Source: Octopus bimaculoides (taxonomy: Eukaryota). From it: a stretch of DNA of 64,000 nt. How positions within the stretch are numbered: the stretch's first letter is position 1; every line of letters starts with the position of its first letter. A program made the position numbers and the translations under genes. Location of the stretch: positions 2,845,575 through 2,909,574 of the forward strand of contig NC_068981.1 in assembly GCF_001194135.2 (NCBI RefSeq). The letters are read 5' to 3'. Shown here one piece after another: positions 24,731-38,957 of this stretch. The notes under the pieces were generated by a model that made no database searches, was not told the origin of the DNA, and saw nothing but the letters and a program-made list of their open reading frames with translations.

Positions 24731-25874
24731 GATTTACAGCAAATTTTCCAGATGTGCCCAGAGCCATAGCAAAAGAAACCTGCCCGCAGAGTCATGCTTT
24801 GGGAATGAACCCTAAACCATTTGGTTTACAAAGAAAACTTCTTATCCACACAGCCATGTCTGATAAAAGACGAAAATCAATATTGGTTAGATTTGAACAC
24901 TGAAACACCATGCTGGTTAGTTATGTCAACAATTTAGGAAGGGAGATCTGTTCTCGTTGTTGATGGAAATCATCAATAGTTTGTGGAGCTAACAATACAA
25001 GGTTAGATGAAAGCTTCATCAATGAGAAATATCAATACAGTTCAATGGATAATGTCTGAATTTGGAACAGGAAAAACAGGTTTAATCCTACTGAGTAATT
25101 GAAACCTTCCTTCACTCATCTATTTGTTTCATGGTGGTGGTTTTGCTGTTTTTGTAGTTTTAAAACATTCATGTTGCAGGTGAGCAAAAAGTAGGATGAT
25201 TTTTTTTTTTTTCGAGAAATGTATGAACATCACAAAATCATATTCATCTCTGCCACAAATGTATACTTTGTACCAAAATAATGAAACGATATAAAATATC
25301 CACTTCCAATGAAATCAAAAGAAATGCTAAACATATATATGTGCAGGTGTGGCTGTGTGGTAAAAAGTTTGCTTCCCAATCACATTGTTCCAAGTTCAGT
25401 CCCACTACATGACACCCTGAGCAAGTGGAAGGTACCTTCTATAGTAGCTTTGGGCCTTGTACATGGATTTAGTAGACAGAATCCGAAAGAAGCCCATCAT
25501 ACCACCACTACTTGACAATTGGTGTTGGTGACTTTAAGTAACCTTAACTTAGCAGTTCAGCAAAAGAGACTGTCAGAATGAGTATCAGGCTTTAAAAAAA
25601 AAAAAAGATACAAGCACTGGGGTTGATTTTGACTAAAATTCTTCAAGGTGGTGCTCCAGCATGGCCACAGTCTAATGACTAAAACAAGTAAAAGATAAAC
25701 ATTTAGTAAGAACAATCTTGCACTGGTCACATGTAGTTACCCAATAACTTTTACGTCATCAGTTAAGCCTTTAATTAGATCATATTTTATGTAACCTGAT
25801 CAGTAGACAACAGATGTTTGTCTGACATCAACATAGCATTCTCAAAATCAAATGGCATTTTTTCCCCTTAGACC

Positions 25875-26103
25875 TTAGCCCTTTCGTTACTGTATTTATT
25901 TTGAGATGTTCTGTGTTTCTTTCAATTACTTTGAATATAACAAAGAATTTAGTAAAATAACTTAATTATCATTAAGCTAGTGTTAGGAACATAAACTGTG
26001 ACTAAGGTTTGATGGAAGATTTTAATTCAGAACTTATGAAAACAAGACATTTGTACTACAGAGCCAGAGACAGTTTCAGCCAGGTTGTTATCGAAAGGGT
26101 TAA
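25875..26103. mobile_element. piggyBac-like MITE (family P1)
   Basis: TTAG-CCCTTTCG...CGAAAGGG-TTAA. Confidence 0.75.
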
Positions 26104-26706
26104 AGTAATTAGTGCTTTTCTCTATCATCTCTCTCCACACTCATTTGAAAGGGATACAAGAGCCCTCATTAGGGAACTATATACATGAAATGAAATGTCA
26201 GGAGTTGTTGCAAGTAGTGGTAGAACAATCAGCAGTAGTGACTATGGCATATATATATACATATATACCATTTCACAAGTGATACCAACTTATAATTTTC
26301 TCGTAAAACCAGAGAAAAAAAGAAGAAAAATCACACAGAGCTCTGTATTATCCAAACTCCATAAATCTAAGAGGCTAATTATAATTGCTGGCTTATTTCA
26401 ATGGTGGGAACTCTTTGGAAATAATTCATAAAATATTGATCAACTATTAATCACAAATTTAAAACTCCATTTCCAATCAATATGAGGCAAACATTTTAGA
26501 AAGTAACTTGTTCTTAAAAAAAAAAATAGATAAATTAAAAAAAAAGAAAATCAACGAACAGATGCATTTCATTATAAGTCTAATTATAAGAGGCTTCGTA
26601 AAGTGGCACGGTGCCACAAAATAAAATGCCAATTCATTTCTTTCTTAAATGTGAGTAGAAACAACAACAGCAAAAAATGGTAACAGAAATTTCAGCCTTT
26701 TTTATA

Positions 26707-26755
<49 letters not shown>

Positions 26756-27411
26756 TTGTTGTTAAGATTACAAATAAGATAAGCTATCATTAATATAAAC
26801 GTGATTTAATTCCAGACGGAGTAATTAGCAGATATTTGGCATATAATAATTCAATACTTTTAAAAAGAATAGATTAAAAATGGAATTAATATATTTGAAA
26901 ACTACAGTTGGCTGCAACGCTAAATTTTGGCATTAATAAAATGTTAATTTCTTTTTTCTTTTTTTTTATTATAATCAAACATGAAAGGTAATAATGTCTA
27001 TAAGGAACTAAGGAAAATGGTCCACCCCACTTTCTTTTTCTCTAACAAGGACAAATTCCATTTATTTAAGCTAAATTTTAAGAGACCATTTAGCCTTATA
27101 TAGACATAGGGTGTTTGCTTTTGAAATACAGAAAACTGGAAGAAAAAAGCATTAGTTTTGTAATCAAGATTAAATATTAGTTTCAAATTTTGGCACAAGG
27201 CCAGCAATTTTCAGGGGAGGCAGGAAGTCGAATACATTGACCTCAGTGCTCAACTGGTGCATTATTTCATTGACCCCAAAAGGATGAAAAGTAAAGTTGA
27301 CATTGGTGGCATTTGAACTCAGAATGAAAAAACAGCCAAAATGAAAAAAAAAAAAAGAAGCATTTTGCCCAGCATGCTAACAATTCTGTCAGCTTGTTGC
27401 CTTAATCAATC

Positions 27412-27691
27412 TTGACCCTTTCATCGGCAACCCAACTGAAACCAGCTCTGGCTCTGAGTACAAATTTGACCCTTTCATCGGCAACCCAACTGAAACCAGC
27501 TCTGGCTCTGAGTACAAATGTCTTGTTTTCAAAAGTTTTGAATTAAAATCTTCCACCAAACCTTAGTCACAATTTATGTTCCTAACACTAGCTTAATGAT
27601 GACTAAGTTGTTTTACTAAATTCTTTGTGATATTTAAAGTAATTGAAAGAAACAGAGCATCTCAACAGAAATACAGTAACAAAAGGGTTAA
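27412..27691. mobile_element. piggyBac-like MITE (family P1) with a perfect 54-bp tandem duplication of one end
   Basis: TTGA-CCCTTT...AAAGGG-TTAA; 27412-27465 is identical to 27466-27519. Confidence 0.75.
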
Positions 27692-27974
27692 TATTAATTA
27701 ACCCTGATGAACCAAATCGTTACAGGGCTGAATCTATGTCAGACCACTGACTTAAAACCATATCGCACAGTGTCACAAACGTTGTGTTAAATCCATGATA
27801 AAGAGACTCAATAACCAAATCATAGATTGATGCTTAACTCAAGATCAGCCCTGATTAAACATGTCCCATGATTAAAGGCATTCTAGTCTAACCAAGTAGT
27901 ACTGCTTTTTGTTTTTTGTTCATTTTTCTTTTCCGCTTTGAAACACTATATCTATGATTACATTAGCTACGCTG

Positions 27975-28270
27975 GCACTCCACCAGTTACGACAAAGGTT
28001 CCAGTTGATCCGATCAACAGAACAGCCTGCTTGTGAAATTAACGTGCAAGTGGCTGAGCACTCCACAGATACGCACGCCCTTAATTTAGCTCTCAGGGAG
28101 ATTCAGCCTGACATAGAATGTGACAAAGCAAGCAGAACCTTTAAATTACAGGTCCAACTCATTTTTGCCAGCTGATTGGACTGGAGCAACATGAAATAAA
28201 GTGTCTTGCTCAAGGACACAATACCCCACTAGGAATCGAACTCACAACTTCTGATCATGAGCCAAATACT
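27975..28270 (-). mobile_element. SINE family D (others 14500-14745, 46270-46545, 52830-53130)
   Basis: Shared GTCCTTGAGCAAGACACTTTATTTCAC...GTGGAGTGCTCAGCCACTTGCACGTTAATTTCAC core in four copies. Confidence 0.7.
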
Positions 28271-30464
28271 CTTACACATTAGCTAATGTATCTTCTTTTT
28301 TACTTGTTTCAACCATTACACTGTGGTCATGCTGGGGCACCACCTTGAAGAATTCTTTGTCAAATGATTCAATCTACTTATTCTATCACTCTCTTTTGCC
28401 AAACCACTAAGTTACAGGGACATCCACAAACAAACACCAAGCGGTGGTGGGATACACAAACACACACACGCACATGGGCTTCTTTCAGTTTCTGTCAATC
28501 AAACCCACTCACAAGACTTTGGTCAGCCTGAGGTTATAGTAGAAGACACTTGCCCAAGGTGCCACACAGTGGGGCTGAACCTGGAACCATGTAGTTAGTA
28601 AGCAAACTTATTACCACACAGGTACAAGATACACTTGACTAGGAAATGTCATCAACAAGCTCTTCAACTTGTGGTTTTTGGGAGCTGGAATGGATTAATT
28701 ATATTTTAGTTAATTTCAATGGGGAAAATTGATTGGTAAAACGAGTAAATCATAAGATGAGCTTGGTCATGGAACGAATTAAACTTGTACTGTGAGGTAT
28801 CACTGTATTTTCAATCATCATCATCGTCAGTTAACATCCACTTTCCATGCTGGCATGGGTTGGACAGTTTGACTGAGGACTGGTGAGCCAGAAGGCTGCA
28901 CCAAGATCAATCTGATCTGGCAAAGTTTCTACAGCTGGATGCCCTTCCTAACGCCAACCACTGCAAGAGTTTAGTGGGTGATTTTACGTGCCACCAGCAT
29001 GAGGGCCAGTCAGGTGGTTCTGGCAACGACTACGCTCAAAAGGTGGTTTTTACGTGCTACCTACACAGGAGCCAGTCCAGCAGCACTCAAGTGTGGTCAT
29101 TGCCAGTGCCACCAGACTGGCTCCCGTGCAGGTAGCACGTAAAAAAAAAAAATTCTATAAAAACACGTTTGGCTATGGAGAATTATCTTGCTTGGAAACA
29201 GGTGAGGGTTGGAGACAGGAAGGACATCCAACTGTAGAAAATCCACTTCAATAACCTGCCTGACCCATGAAAGCATGGAAAAGTGGATGTTAAAAGCAAT
29301 GACAGTGATGATAATGATGGGACCATTTAGCAGTAATTCCTTTTATTTTGCCAAAACAGCTACCATAGTTGTTTTGTCTGAAATCAGAGCCAACAATCTT
29401 ATTTCTTTACTGCCCACAAGGGGCTAAACATAGAGGGGACAAACAAGGACAGACCAAGGGATTAAGTCAATTACATCGCCCCCAGTGCGTAACTGGTACT
29501 TAATTTATCGACCCTGAACGGACGAAAGGCAAAGTCGACCTCAGTGGAATTTGAACTCAGAACGTAACAGCAGATAAAATACCGCTAAGCATTTCGCCTG
29601 GCGTGCTAACGATTCTGTCAGCTCCCTGCCAACAATCTTGCTACATTAGAACAACCAATTTGAATATGCTGTGCACAAAAAAAAAAAAACAACCATGGTC
29701 CTCATTTGTGAGCAAGTATGACTTGGTAGCATGTACCATGCTTTTACTAATTGCTTTTAGGTGCCAATGTAATTGCAAGCAGCTATAGATGTTTTCTCAG
29801 TCCTTCCACTTTTGACCCAACAAAAAAGCCAAGATGTAACAGCTGGAAGGAGAGCCAGCTACACCAGCACTTCTGGTATTCAGTTACAGTTGAGTACAAA
29901 CACCTGGCCTTATGATTATGCACTCAATTCCTGAAGTGGGCCTGATCACTAGGCCTTCAACAGCTAATTGACTAATAACTAATTAACCAACAATAAAATG
30001 ACCAATAACAAAGAGACTAATGATGACCCTTCTGCCACTCTATACACTTAACAGAGAAAAGCATGGGAAATACTCTAGAATGCCTTCTGCATGAAAACCA
30101 AACAGTAAAGTGAGTGCTAACATAATGTGGTGAATCCAAGAATCTTAATTAATTAAAATTATATCCGTAGAGAGAAGACAAAAAAATACCACTCCCCCAC
30201 TGCAAGCCCACAATTTATTTTCAATTTATTTTAATTATATTTTAAAGTTATTGTCTATCTTTCTTGATCGTGATTAATCATTAAGTTAATGGTGTATGTG
30301 TTTTTCTCTCATCAGAACAGGTATAATTTTAATTAAAATTAATTGGCTCACTTAGAGAAGTATCGGTCAACTGAAGCAATGACACAGTTACATTCTCTAA
30401 AGAATATTTTTCTTGCATGGCTGTGACTTTTTGTGGTTGTCACTGACAGATGGTACTACATTTT

Positions 30465-30775
30465 AATATCCAAGAAATTCAAGTGTCAATGTTCCATTCA
30501 TGGAATTTGGCAGTGAATGTCAATGTCCCATTCTTACAGTGTATGTCACCATTCCATCCATGAAGTTTGGCAAAGTATATCACTGTTCCATCCATGGAGC
30601 TTGACAAAGTGTCTCACCATTCCAGCCATGGAATTCGACAAAGTGTCTCACCATTCTAGCCATGGAATTTGCCAAATTCCATGGATGGAATAGTGACATA
30701 CTTTGTCAAAGTGTGTTACCATTCCCTCCATGGAATTAAACAAACTGTGTCCTCATTACACTGTTCATAAAATAC
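30465..30775. repeat. 34-bp minisatellite with one inverted unit
   Basis: Unit AAAGTGTCTCACCATTCCATCCATGGAATTTGGC; unit starts at 30572, 30606 and 30640; inverted unit about 30672-30706. Confidence 0.85.
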
Positions 30776-31968
30776 CAATTATTCCACCTTATCAGAACAT
30801 TCCACACATCAAACAAAATCCATCAACTTCTAAGACATTTTCCATTCCTACCAACCCAACAGTCCAAACCACACTTAAAACAAAAAGAATTAATTTATCC
30901 GTGTTCCCCATAATTAATTATCTAAGGTTGACAATGCTAATCATCTGGCTGACTGAAATTTAGCATTTCAATTAATTGAAATACTTTCAAATCAACAAGC
31001 TCTCCCCTCCTTTTTCCTTCAAAATTATGACCACATTCGAATATAAGTTTCATCTCCTCCTTACAGTTCAGCCTTACTCCTACATGCCCAACATCATCAT
31101 CATCATTTAACATCTGCTTTTCATGCTGGCATGGGTTGGATGGTTTGACAGAAGCCACACCAGGTTTCCTTGTCTGTTTTGGCAGGGTTTCTACAGCTGG
31201 ATGTCCCTTCTAACACCAACCACTTTATAGAGTGCACTGAGTGTTTTTCATGTAATACCAGCACCAATGCTTTTAATGTGGCACCAGCACCAATGCTTTG
31301 TTTATGTGGCACCAGCACCAGTGCTTTTTCACGTAGGACCATTAGCAGTTTTTTCTATGCAGCATCAGCACCAGTGTTTTTTTTTTTTACATGACACCAA
31401 CATCAACACATACAACAAATAATTTCACCAAAGCTAACGCACCGGCTATAAANNNNNNNNNNNNNNNNNNNNNNNNNNNNNNNNNNNNNNNNNNNNNNNN
31501 NNNNNNNNNNNNNNNNNNNNNNNNNNNNNNNNNNNNNNNNNNNNNNNNNNNNNNNNNNNNNNNNNNNNNNNNNNNNNNNNNNNNNNNNNNNNNNNNNNNN
31601 NNNNNNNNNNNNNNNNNNNNNNNNNNNNNNNNNNNNNNNNNNNNNNNNNNNNNNNNNNNNNNNNNNNNNNNNNNNNNNNNNNNNNNNNNNNNNNNNNNNN
31701 NNNNNNNNNNNNNNNNNNNNNNNNNNNNNNNNNNNNNNNNNNNNNNNNNNNNNNNNNNNNNNNNNNNNNNNNNNNNNNNNNNNNNNNNNNNNNNNNNNNN
31801 NNNNNNNNNNNNNNNNNNNNNNNNNNNNNNNNNNNNNNNNNNNNNNNNNNNNNNNNNNNNNNNNNNNNNNNNNNNNNNNNNNNNNNNNNNNNNNNNNNNN
31901 NNNNNNNNNNNNNNNNNNNNNNNNNNNNNNNNNNNNNNNNNNNNNNNNNNNNNNNNNNNNNNNNNNNN

Positions 31969-32009
<41 letters not shown>

Positions 32010-34656
32010 GAGCTTTCTGGACTGCATGTGCTGTGGATGTACAACTCAATGGATATCCATATGCATATGATGATCCTTCATAATCAGCCTGAGTCAGGTT
32101 TTATGTTAAGATGAATACATGCAAACACATACCTAAATATACATATATACATACACATAAGTACAAAAATACAAATACACACGCAAGACGAACACATACA
32201 TTTATATGACACTGTAAGTGTATATATGTATGTATAGAACCCCTTGGAGACCAAAGCAACATCTCTGCAGAAGGTACAGAATAGGGAACATGACTCATTT
32301 GGTGAAAGGTAAAGGAAGATAAATATGAATAAAAAATCCAGCACAAAGGAAAACTTTTAGTGGAAACCTAGATTGAAAATGAAACTGAAACTGGCAGAAA
32401 GGAATCAGATGTAGAGAAATAGAGGTGAAAGAATAGAAAGGTAAATTTAATTAAGGTGGAAATAGGGAAGGGGGGCAAAAAAAACTTTGGTGTAGTTGTA
32501 GGTGCAGGCATGGCTGTGTGGTAACAGTTTGCTCCCCAACCACATGATTCCGAGTTCAGTCCCCTGCATACCACCTTGGGCAAGTGTCTTTCTTCTACTA
32601 TAGCCTTGGGCTGACTTAAACCTTGTGAACACGTTTCGTGAACAAAAACTGAAAGAAGCCCATCATGTGTGTGTGTGTGTGTGCATGCGTGTCCCCATGT
32701 GTCTGTACTTGACAACTGGTGTTGGTATGTTTAGATCTCCATAACTGAGCAATTCAGCGAAAGAGAATGATAGAACAAGTACCAAGCTTTAAAAAGTCCT
32801 GGGGTCAATTCATTTGACAAAAAGTTCTTCAAGGCACTGCTCCAGCATGGCCACAGTCAAATGACTGAAATAAGTAAAGGATAAAAGATAAGAGGTTTAA
32901 CAGTCTGACCTGTAGTTTGACCCTTTTAATACCAACCCACTTAAGACCATCCTTGCTTCTACGTTATAAGCTTCTTGTTTTGCATGATCTAAGAACTTTC
33001 CCACAAAATTTCATGTTAATTCAAGTTCCAAACACCAGATTAGCAATTAATAAAGTTATTTTTACTATACTAAATGTTCGGTATTTTCAAAATTAATTGA
33101 AACAAAAGTGGAGGATTTCAAGAGTGAAATGGTAACAAAGTGTTAAAGGAGTGGAGTACACAAGAATATAGGTCATAGCTGTAGATATGAGTACACAGAT
33201 TGGTGAGATATATTTCTAGTTGCCAACAATCGACAGTTATAGTATTCAACATGATTGTCACAAATGGCCTTGTATAAACACACTTATTAACACAAGTATG
33301 AAATCTTGACACAGGCTGTGATGTAGCCAAATATAATAGAAGTGTTCAGTTGAAATATTAATGTGTTGTGTCTGCCACGACATTAATAGAACTCTATTTA
33401 TAAGTTTGGCATTGAGACCAAAAGCATTTACCAGAAGAAGAAATGTCTTTGATTACTATTTTGGGGGGGAAGTAACAATTATGCATCCAGTTCTAAAAAT
33501 ATTTATGTGGAATCACAGAGGGAATTTTCTGCGTGGAACTTAAGAAAACTGGTACATAATTAACAGTTTCTTCAATTTTAAATAACAAGCAAGAAGCTAG
33601 ACAAACAGACAGACATGGCTACACAACAGCACCAGCAACATTTTATTGTCCACTTTTTCCCTATTCCAGTATGGGTTGGAGAGGTCTACAGCAATGGCTC
33701 TTAACCATTTTTTTTTGCGTTTCCTACGGACCCCTTTATTTACTATTTTACTCTGATATCGCAAAAGCCCCATTGAACAGGATGCTAGCCTCTGCTGGGT
33801 GACTGATTTACAGCTAAGTGGATGGGAGCAACATGAAATGGAGTGTTTTGCTCCCCAGGACAACACACTGCCCCACCAACTAGTTCTGTAGTTTACATTT
33901 AATTTCACTCACAACACTGTTTGACTCAAGTCTATGATACAAGACACTTGGGCAAGATGTTACATTGTGGGATTGAACTCAAAACTTTGTATCAATAACT
34001 AGGCAATATACATGAATGTGTTCTGTTCAGGAACACCAGGAAACATAAACAATGGATTTGAACTTGCAACTTGGATAAACCTAATAACTAATTCATTCAG
34101 TTATTTCAGTTCTACTGTGGTTGGCATTAGGAAGGGCATCTGGTGATAGAAAAGTCATGCCATAGCAGTCACTGGGACATGATGCAGTCCTTGGATCCTC
34201 TGGGTTCTATCAAACCATTTAGTCTATGCCAGCATGGAACACCATCATTTGGTATCCGTTTTCTTGAATGGCATGGGTTGGACAGTTTGACAAGAACTGG
34301 CCAGGCTGGAGAGCTACACCAGGTTCCTTTTGTCTGTTTTGGAATGGTTTCTATGTCTGAATGCCCTTCCTAATGCCAACCACTTCCCAGAGTGTACTGG
34401 GGGGGGGGGCTTTTCATGTAGCACCAGCACAGGTGCTTTTAACATGACACCAGTGGTGGGGGGGGGGCATCAAGTAGCTTGCAAGACAAAGACGTCTCAG
34501 CTGAGAGAGGGATTGGAACTGAGGGGAGTGACAGTGAGAGAGTATAATAGAGGGACAGAGATAGTTGTCTGACTATAGAGAAGATACTTGGCTACCCCAA
34601 TAAGAGAGGGGGGTAAAGAAGGGGAGAGAGTTACACGAAAGATAGAGAGACAGTCC

Positions 34657-34688
<32 letters not shown>

Positions 34689-36900
34689 AGCATATGGTGT
34701 TGGAGATGCAATGGAGGCTATTTACATGGACATTAAATGATGATGATGATGATGACCATGACCCAAATACTCCATAAAGATTCAGATACTATTGATATTT
34801 ATTTCTCGAATGCTAATAATAAGTCATAATAAATAATGTGTCGACAATTATTTGAAACACAAGTTTGGTACAGTGTTTCATTGCTTATAGCAGGAGATCA
34901 ATATTGAGAATATATTATCTACTTAGAATTGATTTTGTCTTCAGTGTTGGCCTCTCTCATTTCGTGGTCAAATCAAAGTCAATATGAAACTCAATCATAC
35001 CTGAATGACTGATTTTGTTTTCAAAGATTCTCTTACAAATGACTCACCAGATTCTGCAGCAGTCTTAATACCTCACCAGTTTACAACAGTAACACACGAC
35101 CAGAGTCACAGAATAAAAGAGAGAATTTAGCCACCTCCAATACAACCATTGAGATATTAACTGCAAGTTTCCATAGGCAGGAGTAGAGTCAGCCGAAGCA
35201 GGTACAGGTGTGGATGTGTGATTAAGCAATTTGCTTCCAAACTGCATGTTCTTGGGTTCATTCTCACAGCATGACACCTTGGGCAACTGACATCTCCTAT
35301 AACCCCAGACTGGCCAAAGCCTTGCGAGTAGGTTCGGTAGACAGAAAGTGAAACACACCTTTCATATATATCATAATCTTCATTGTTTTAACACCCATTT
35401 TTTGATGCTTGCACAGATTAGACAGAATTTGTTGAGCCAAATTTTTTTATGGTTGGATGCTCTTCCTGTCACCAACACTCACCTCTTTCCAAGCAAGGTA
35501 ATATTTCCCCATGGCCAAACATGTTTCACAAAAGACTGAAAAATGAACAACACCGCTTGTATGGTGGGGATGCTTGTTTACAACCATTATGTGACATGGA
35601 TGCACATGTAATGATGAGATTACTGGGGTTTTAGTTTTATTGGTCCCAAAAAGATGAAAAAGCAAAAGTACCGACAGCAGAATTTCAAATAAAAACAGAC
35701 AAAACTGTGAGCTGACAAAAGAGCCTCTACAAAGTCACTCAACCTGCTAGAAATAACAACCAAATCACTCTCCACAATTTAGAAAAAAGGGTACGCTACA
35801 TTATATAAACTGGGGTACAGTATGTTGAAAACTAAGTAGGATGGTCCTGGCTGGAATGCCTTTGATTATAGCTGGATCAGAAATGACTCGGGATTAAACA
35901 ACAACAACAACAACAACTACACCCTTTCCTCTACCAACCCAACCATGCCATGCCATTCAGAAACAGTTGGAATATTACGAAATTCTCACTGTTACAATGA
36001 GAAGATGGTTGAGGCAGTTTAATAGTATTACCTCCCACTATCCCTCTCTCACACACACACACACACACACACTTGGACTACATTCAACCACTTCAATAGA
36101 TATACACCTCCATTTCCTTCCATAATTATATCCTGTTCGAAACAACTTAACATATTTCGAAATAGACTTCATAATTGAGTGAATCATCATGTACATACAT
36201 ATACATATATATATATATATCTAGGCCTTGCCCCCTTACTTCCTGCCAAACAACACAGCTGCTACAAATTTAAAGTTATTTCCCTTGTCTACCCTTTATA
36301 TAAACCAGTAAGGAGCTATACTACATGTTCTCAGGACCTGCTAGATATAGCAAGCAAATCATTTTTTTTTTCTGTTTTAATAAGAAAGATGCATTACATA
36401 AAGTCGTCTAAGATAAATATTGCCAAGGCCACATCTGAAACAACTTTAATCATACATCAGCTCAATCATGGTTGACTTCTTGGGGCTAAACGACAATCTC
36501 AGCTTCAGAGACAAGTCAAGTCATAGAATTACACTTAATGGAATGTTCTCATTTGTGACTTCACCCTACCCTGTACACAAGAATTTTGTGTTCTACACTC
36601 ATTACTGGCATTTCATGACTTAATTTGTCTTTATTTTTTTTTAATCCACCACCTTTGAGGGTGTTGTAATGTACTGGCTTGTCTCTTTCATAAATTAAAA
36701 GCTTTTCTACAATTAGATAGAATACCACACTCTCATAGAGCTGGGAAAAAAAAGACAAGAAGAATAGAAGTTCGAATGGGGAGAGGGTAGAGGTTATCAG
36801 CTACAACTGCAACTTTGGAGGTAGTTTAAAGAGGTCGAGTCCAACAAAGCGGTATTTTGACAAATTACTTTATAAGCATAACTTTATTCTTGATTTAGAG

Positions 36901-37100
36901 CAGTGGTTCCCAAACTTCTTCGGGCTGCTGCCCCCTTGACACTCAAGCCACATTCCTAGTGCCCCCCCCCCACTCAGCATTTTGAGGGGGTGGGGGGATT
37001 ACATCCATCACCCCATTTTGGTCACCCTATTATTGCCCCACTTTTCTTCAATGTCCCTCTTGATCATTCCGCCGCCCACAAGGGGGCAGAATGATCAAGC
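36901..37100. mobile_element. hAT-like MITE (different internal sequence)
   Basis: Begins CAGTGGTTCCCAAACT; GC-rich interior; right end degenerate. Confidence 0.5.
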
Positions 37101-37359
37101 ACGGTTGGTAACGAAAGGGTTAAAGCGGTTGACCTAAATATATGCCAAACCATTGTCATGTGCTAATTGCTGATTTCAACTGAGAGGATTACCGTCAGAG
37201 CAACCTAGTTACCTAATAAAAAACTGTTGTCATGGGGTTAAGACACACCTCAATTTCAGCAGAACTAATTCAGTGAAATGTGTTTAGTGCATTAAAACCC
37301 ATTAAGTCCCACTCTCCTATAAATAGGACACTAAATGAAAACATTAAATAAGCTAGAAA

Positions 37360-37820
37360 ATTACTATTTGTAAATCTCACAAGAGATATTCAGCAACAGT
37401 ACTTTGGAGTAAAGATTGTTTGCCAACATAACATGGCAGTCCTGGTTTAGGATGAATGTTACTGTAATAGTAATTTTCTAATTTATAAATCAGTGACTAG
37501 TTGTCACTTTGAAAACTATATATTTCGAACGGGAACTTGGCAGCCGAACAATTATTCTGTGCTGATGAAGGAAAATAACCTGGAAATCGCAATACAGATA
37601 TTGTTTAGAGCTGAGTGGAGGTGCTAGATTCCCTTGTTTGAAAATAAAAGGACACAGATCATGTCATATAGCCAGCTGGAGATACGACACGATCTGTGTT
37701 GTATCTCTAGCTGACTATATTACAGCTACATTCGTCCTGAACCAGGCCTGGGGCTAAATTACAGCAACATTAATCCTAAACCAGGACTGCCATGTTATGT
37801 TGGCAAACAATCTTTACTAT
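37360..37820. mobile_element. PLE insertion (family 3, copy 2): 5'-truncated tailed end plus inverted terminal repeat with GIY-YIG C-terminal remnant
   Basis: About 60-bp inverted arms (37409-37468 and 37758-37817). 37508-37555 translates FENYIFRTGTWQPNNY, resembling the PLE endonuclease end E..LIFRLGTLQP.G.N, directly before the hammerhead. Confidence 0.7.
37556..37599 (+). ncRNA. Minimal hammerhead motif (family 3, stem I damaged by a 2-nt deletion)
   Basis: UCUGUG-CUGAUGA-AGG(AAAAUAA)CCU-G-GAA-AUCGCAAU-A^CAGAU. Confidence 0.5.
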
Positions 37821-38893
37821 TAAATAAGCTATACCACATTGTCTCAGTATCCTATTTATAGGACATTAAATATTTCCATTTCTACTTGAAGTAAAGGATT
37901 TTTAATAATTAATTTTTTCATTTTAACCTATTTTCAATCATGTGTAAAAATTTAAATGTAATATTCAGAAATTTAAGAACTCTGGGACTTAATGGGTTAA
38001 AGTATGCAATATTAGCATATGGGTTCCACTTCACATGTAGGACCATGGGAAATTTTTTGAGACATTTTTGGAGAGAAGAGTGAGTCTTATATGCCATCAA
38101 ATGAGATGTGTTTAGATGGAAAAAGTTTTGTATGTAGATATACTGGGGCATTTTTTTGTCTTTTACTTGTTATAGTCATCGGACTGTGGCCATGTTGGGG
38201 CACTGCCTTGAAGAATTTTAGTTGAACAAATCAACTCCAGTACTAATTTTTGTAAAGCCTGGTACTTATTCTATTGGTCTCTTTTGCTGAACCTCTAAGT
38301 TATGGGGATGTAAACACACAAACACCAGTTATTAAGCAGTGGCAAGGGTCACACACACACACACACACTTATTTTATTGGTCTCTTTTGCCAAATTGCTA
38401 AGTTACAGGGATGTAAACACCAACACCAGTTGCTAAACGGGTGGTAGGGAGACACGCGCGCACACATGATGAGCTTCTTTCAGTTTCCATCTACTAAATC
38501 CACTCACAAGGCTTTGATTGGCCTACGGCTATAGTAGAAGACACTTACAGTGGGACTGAACCCAGAACCATGTGGTCTGGAAGCAAACTTCTTACCACAC
38601 AGCCATGCCTGTGCCCATCTTCAGAAAAATCATTAACCCTTTCATTACCATTTTTCTGATGAAATACACTGCCTTTTGTTCAATAAATTTTGAAAATAAC
38701 ACAGAATTTATCAAAACATCTTTGCTCTATAGGCGTAGGAGTGGCTGTGTGGTAAGTAGCTTGCTTACGAACCACATGGTTCCGGGTTCAGTTCCACTGT
38801 GTGGCACCTTGGGCAAGTGTCTTCTACTATAACCTTGGACCAACAAGAGCCTTGTGAGTGGATTTGGTAGACAGAAACTGAAAGAAACCCGTC

Positions 38894-38949
<56 letters not shown>

Positions 38950-38957
38950 GTATCTTT

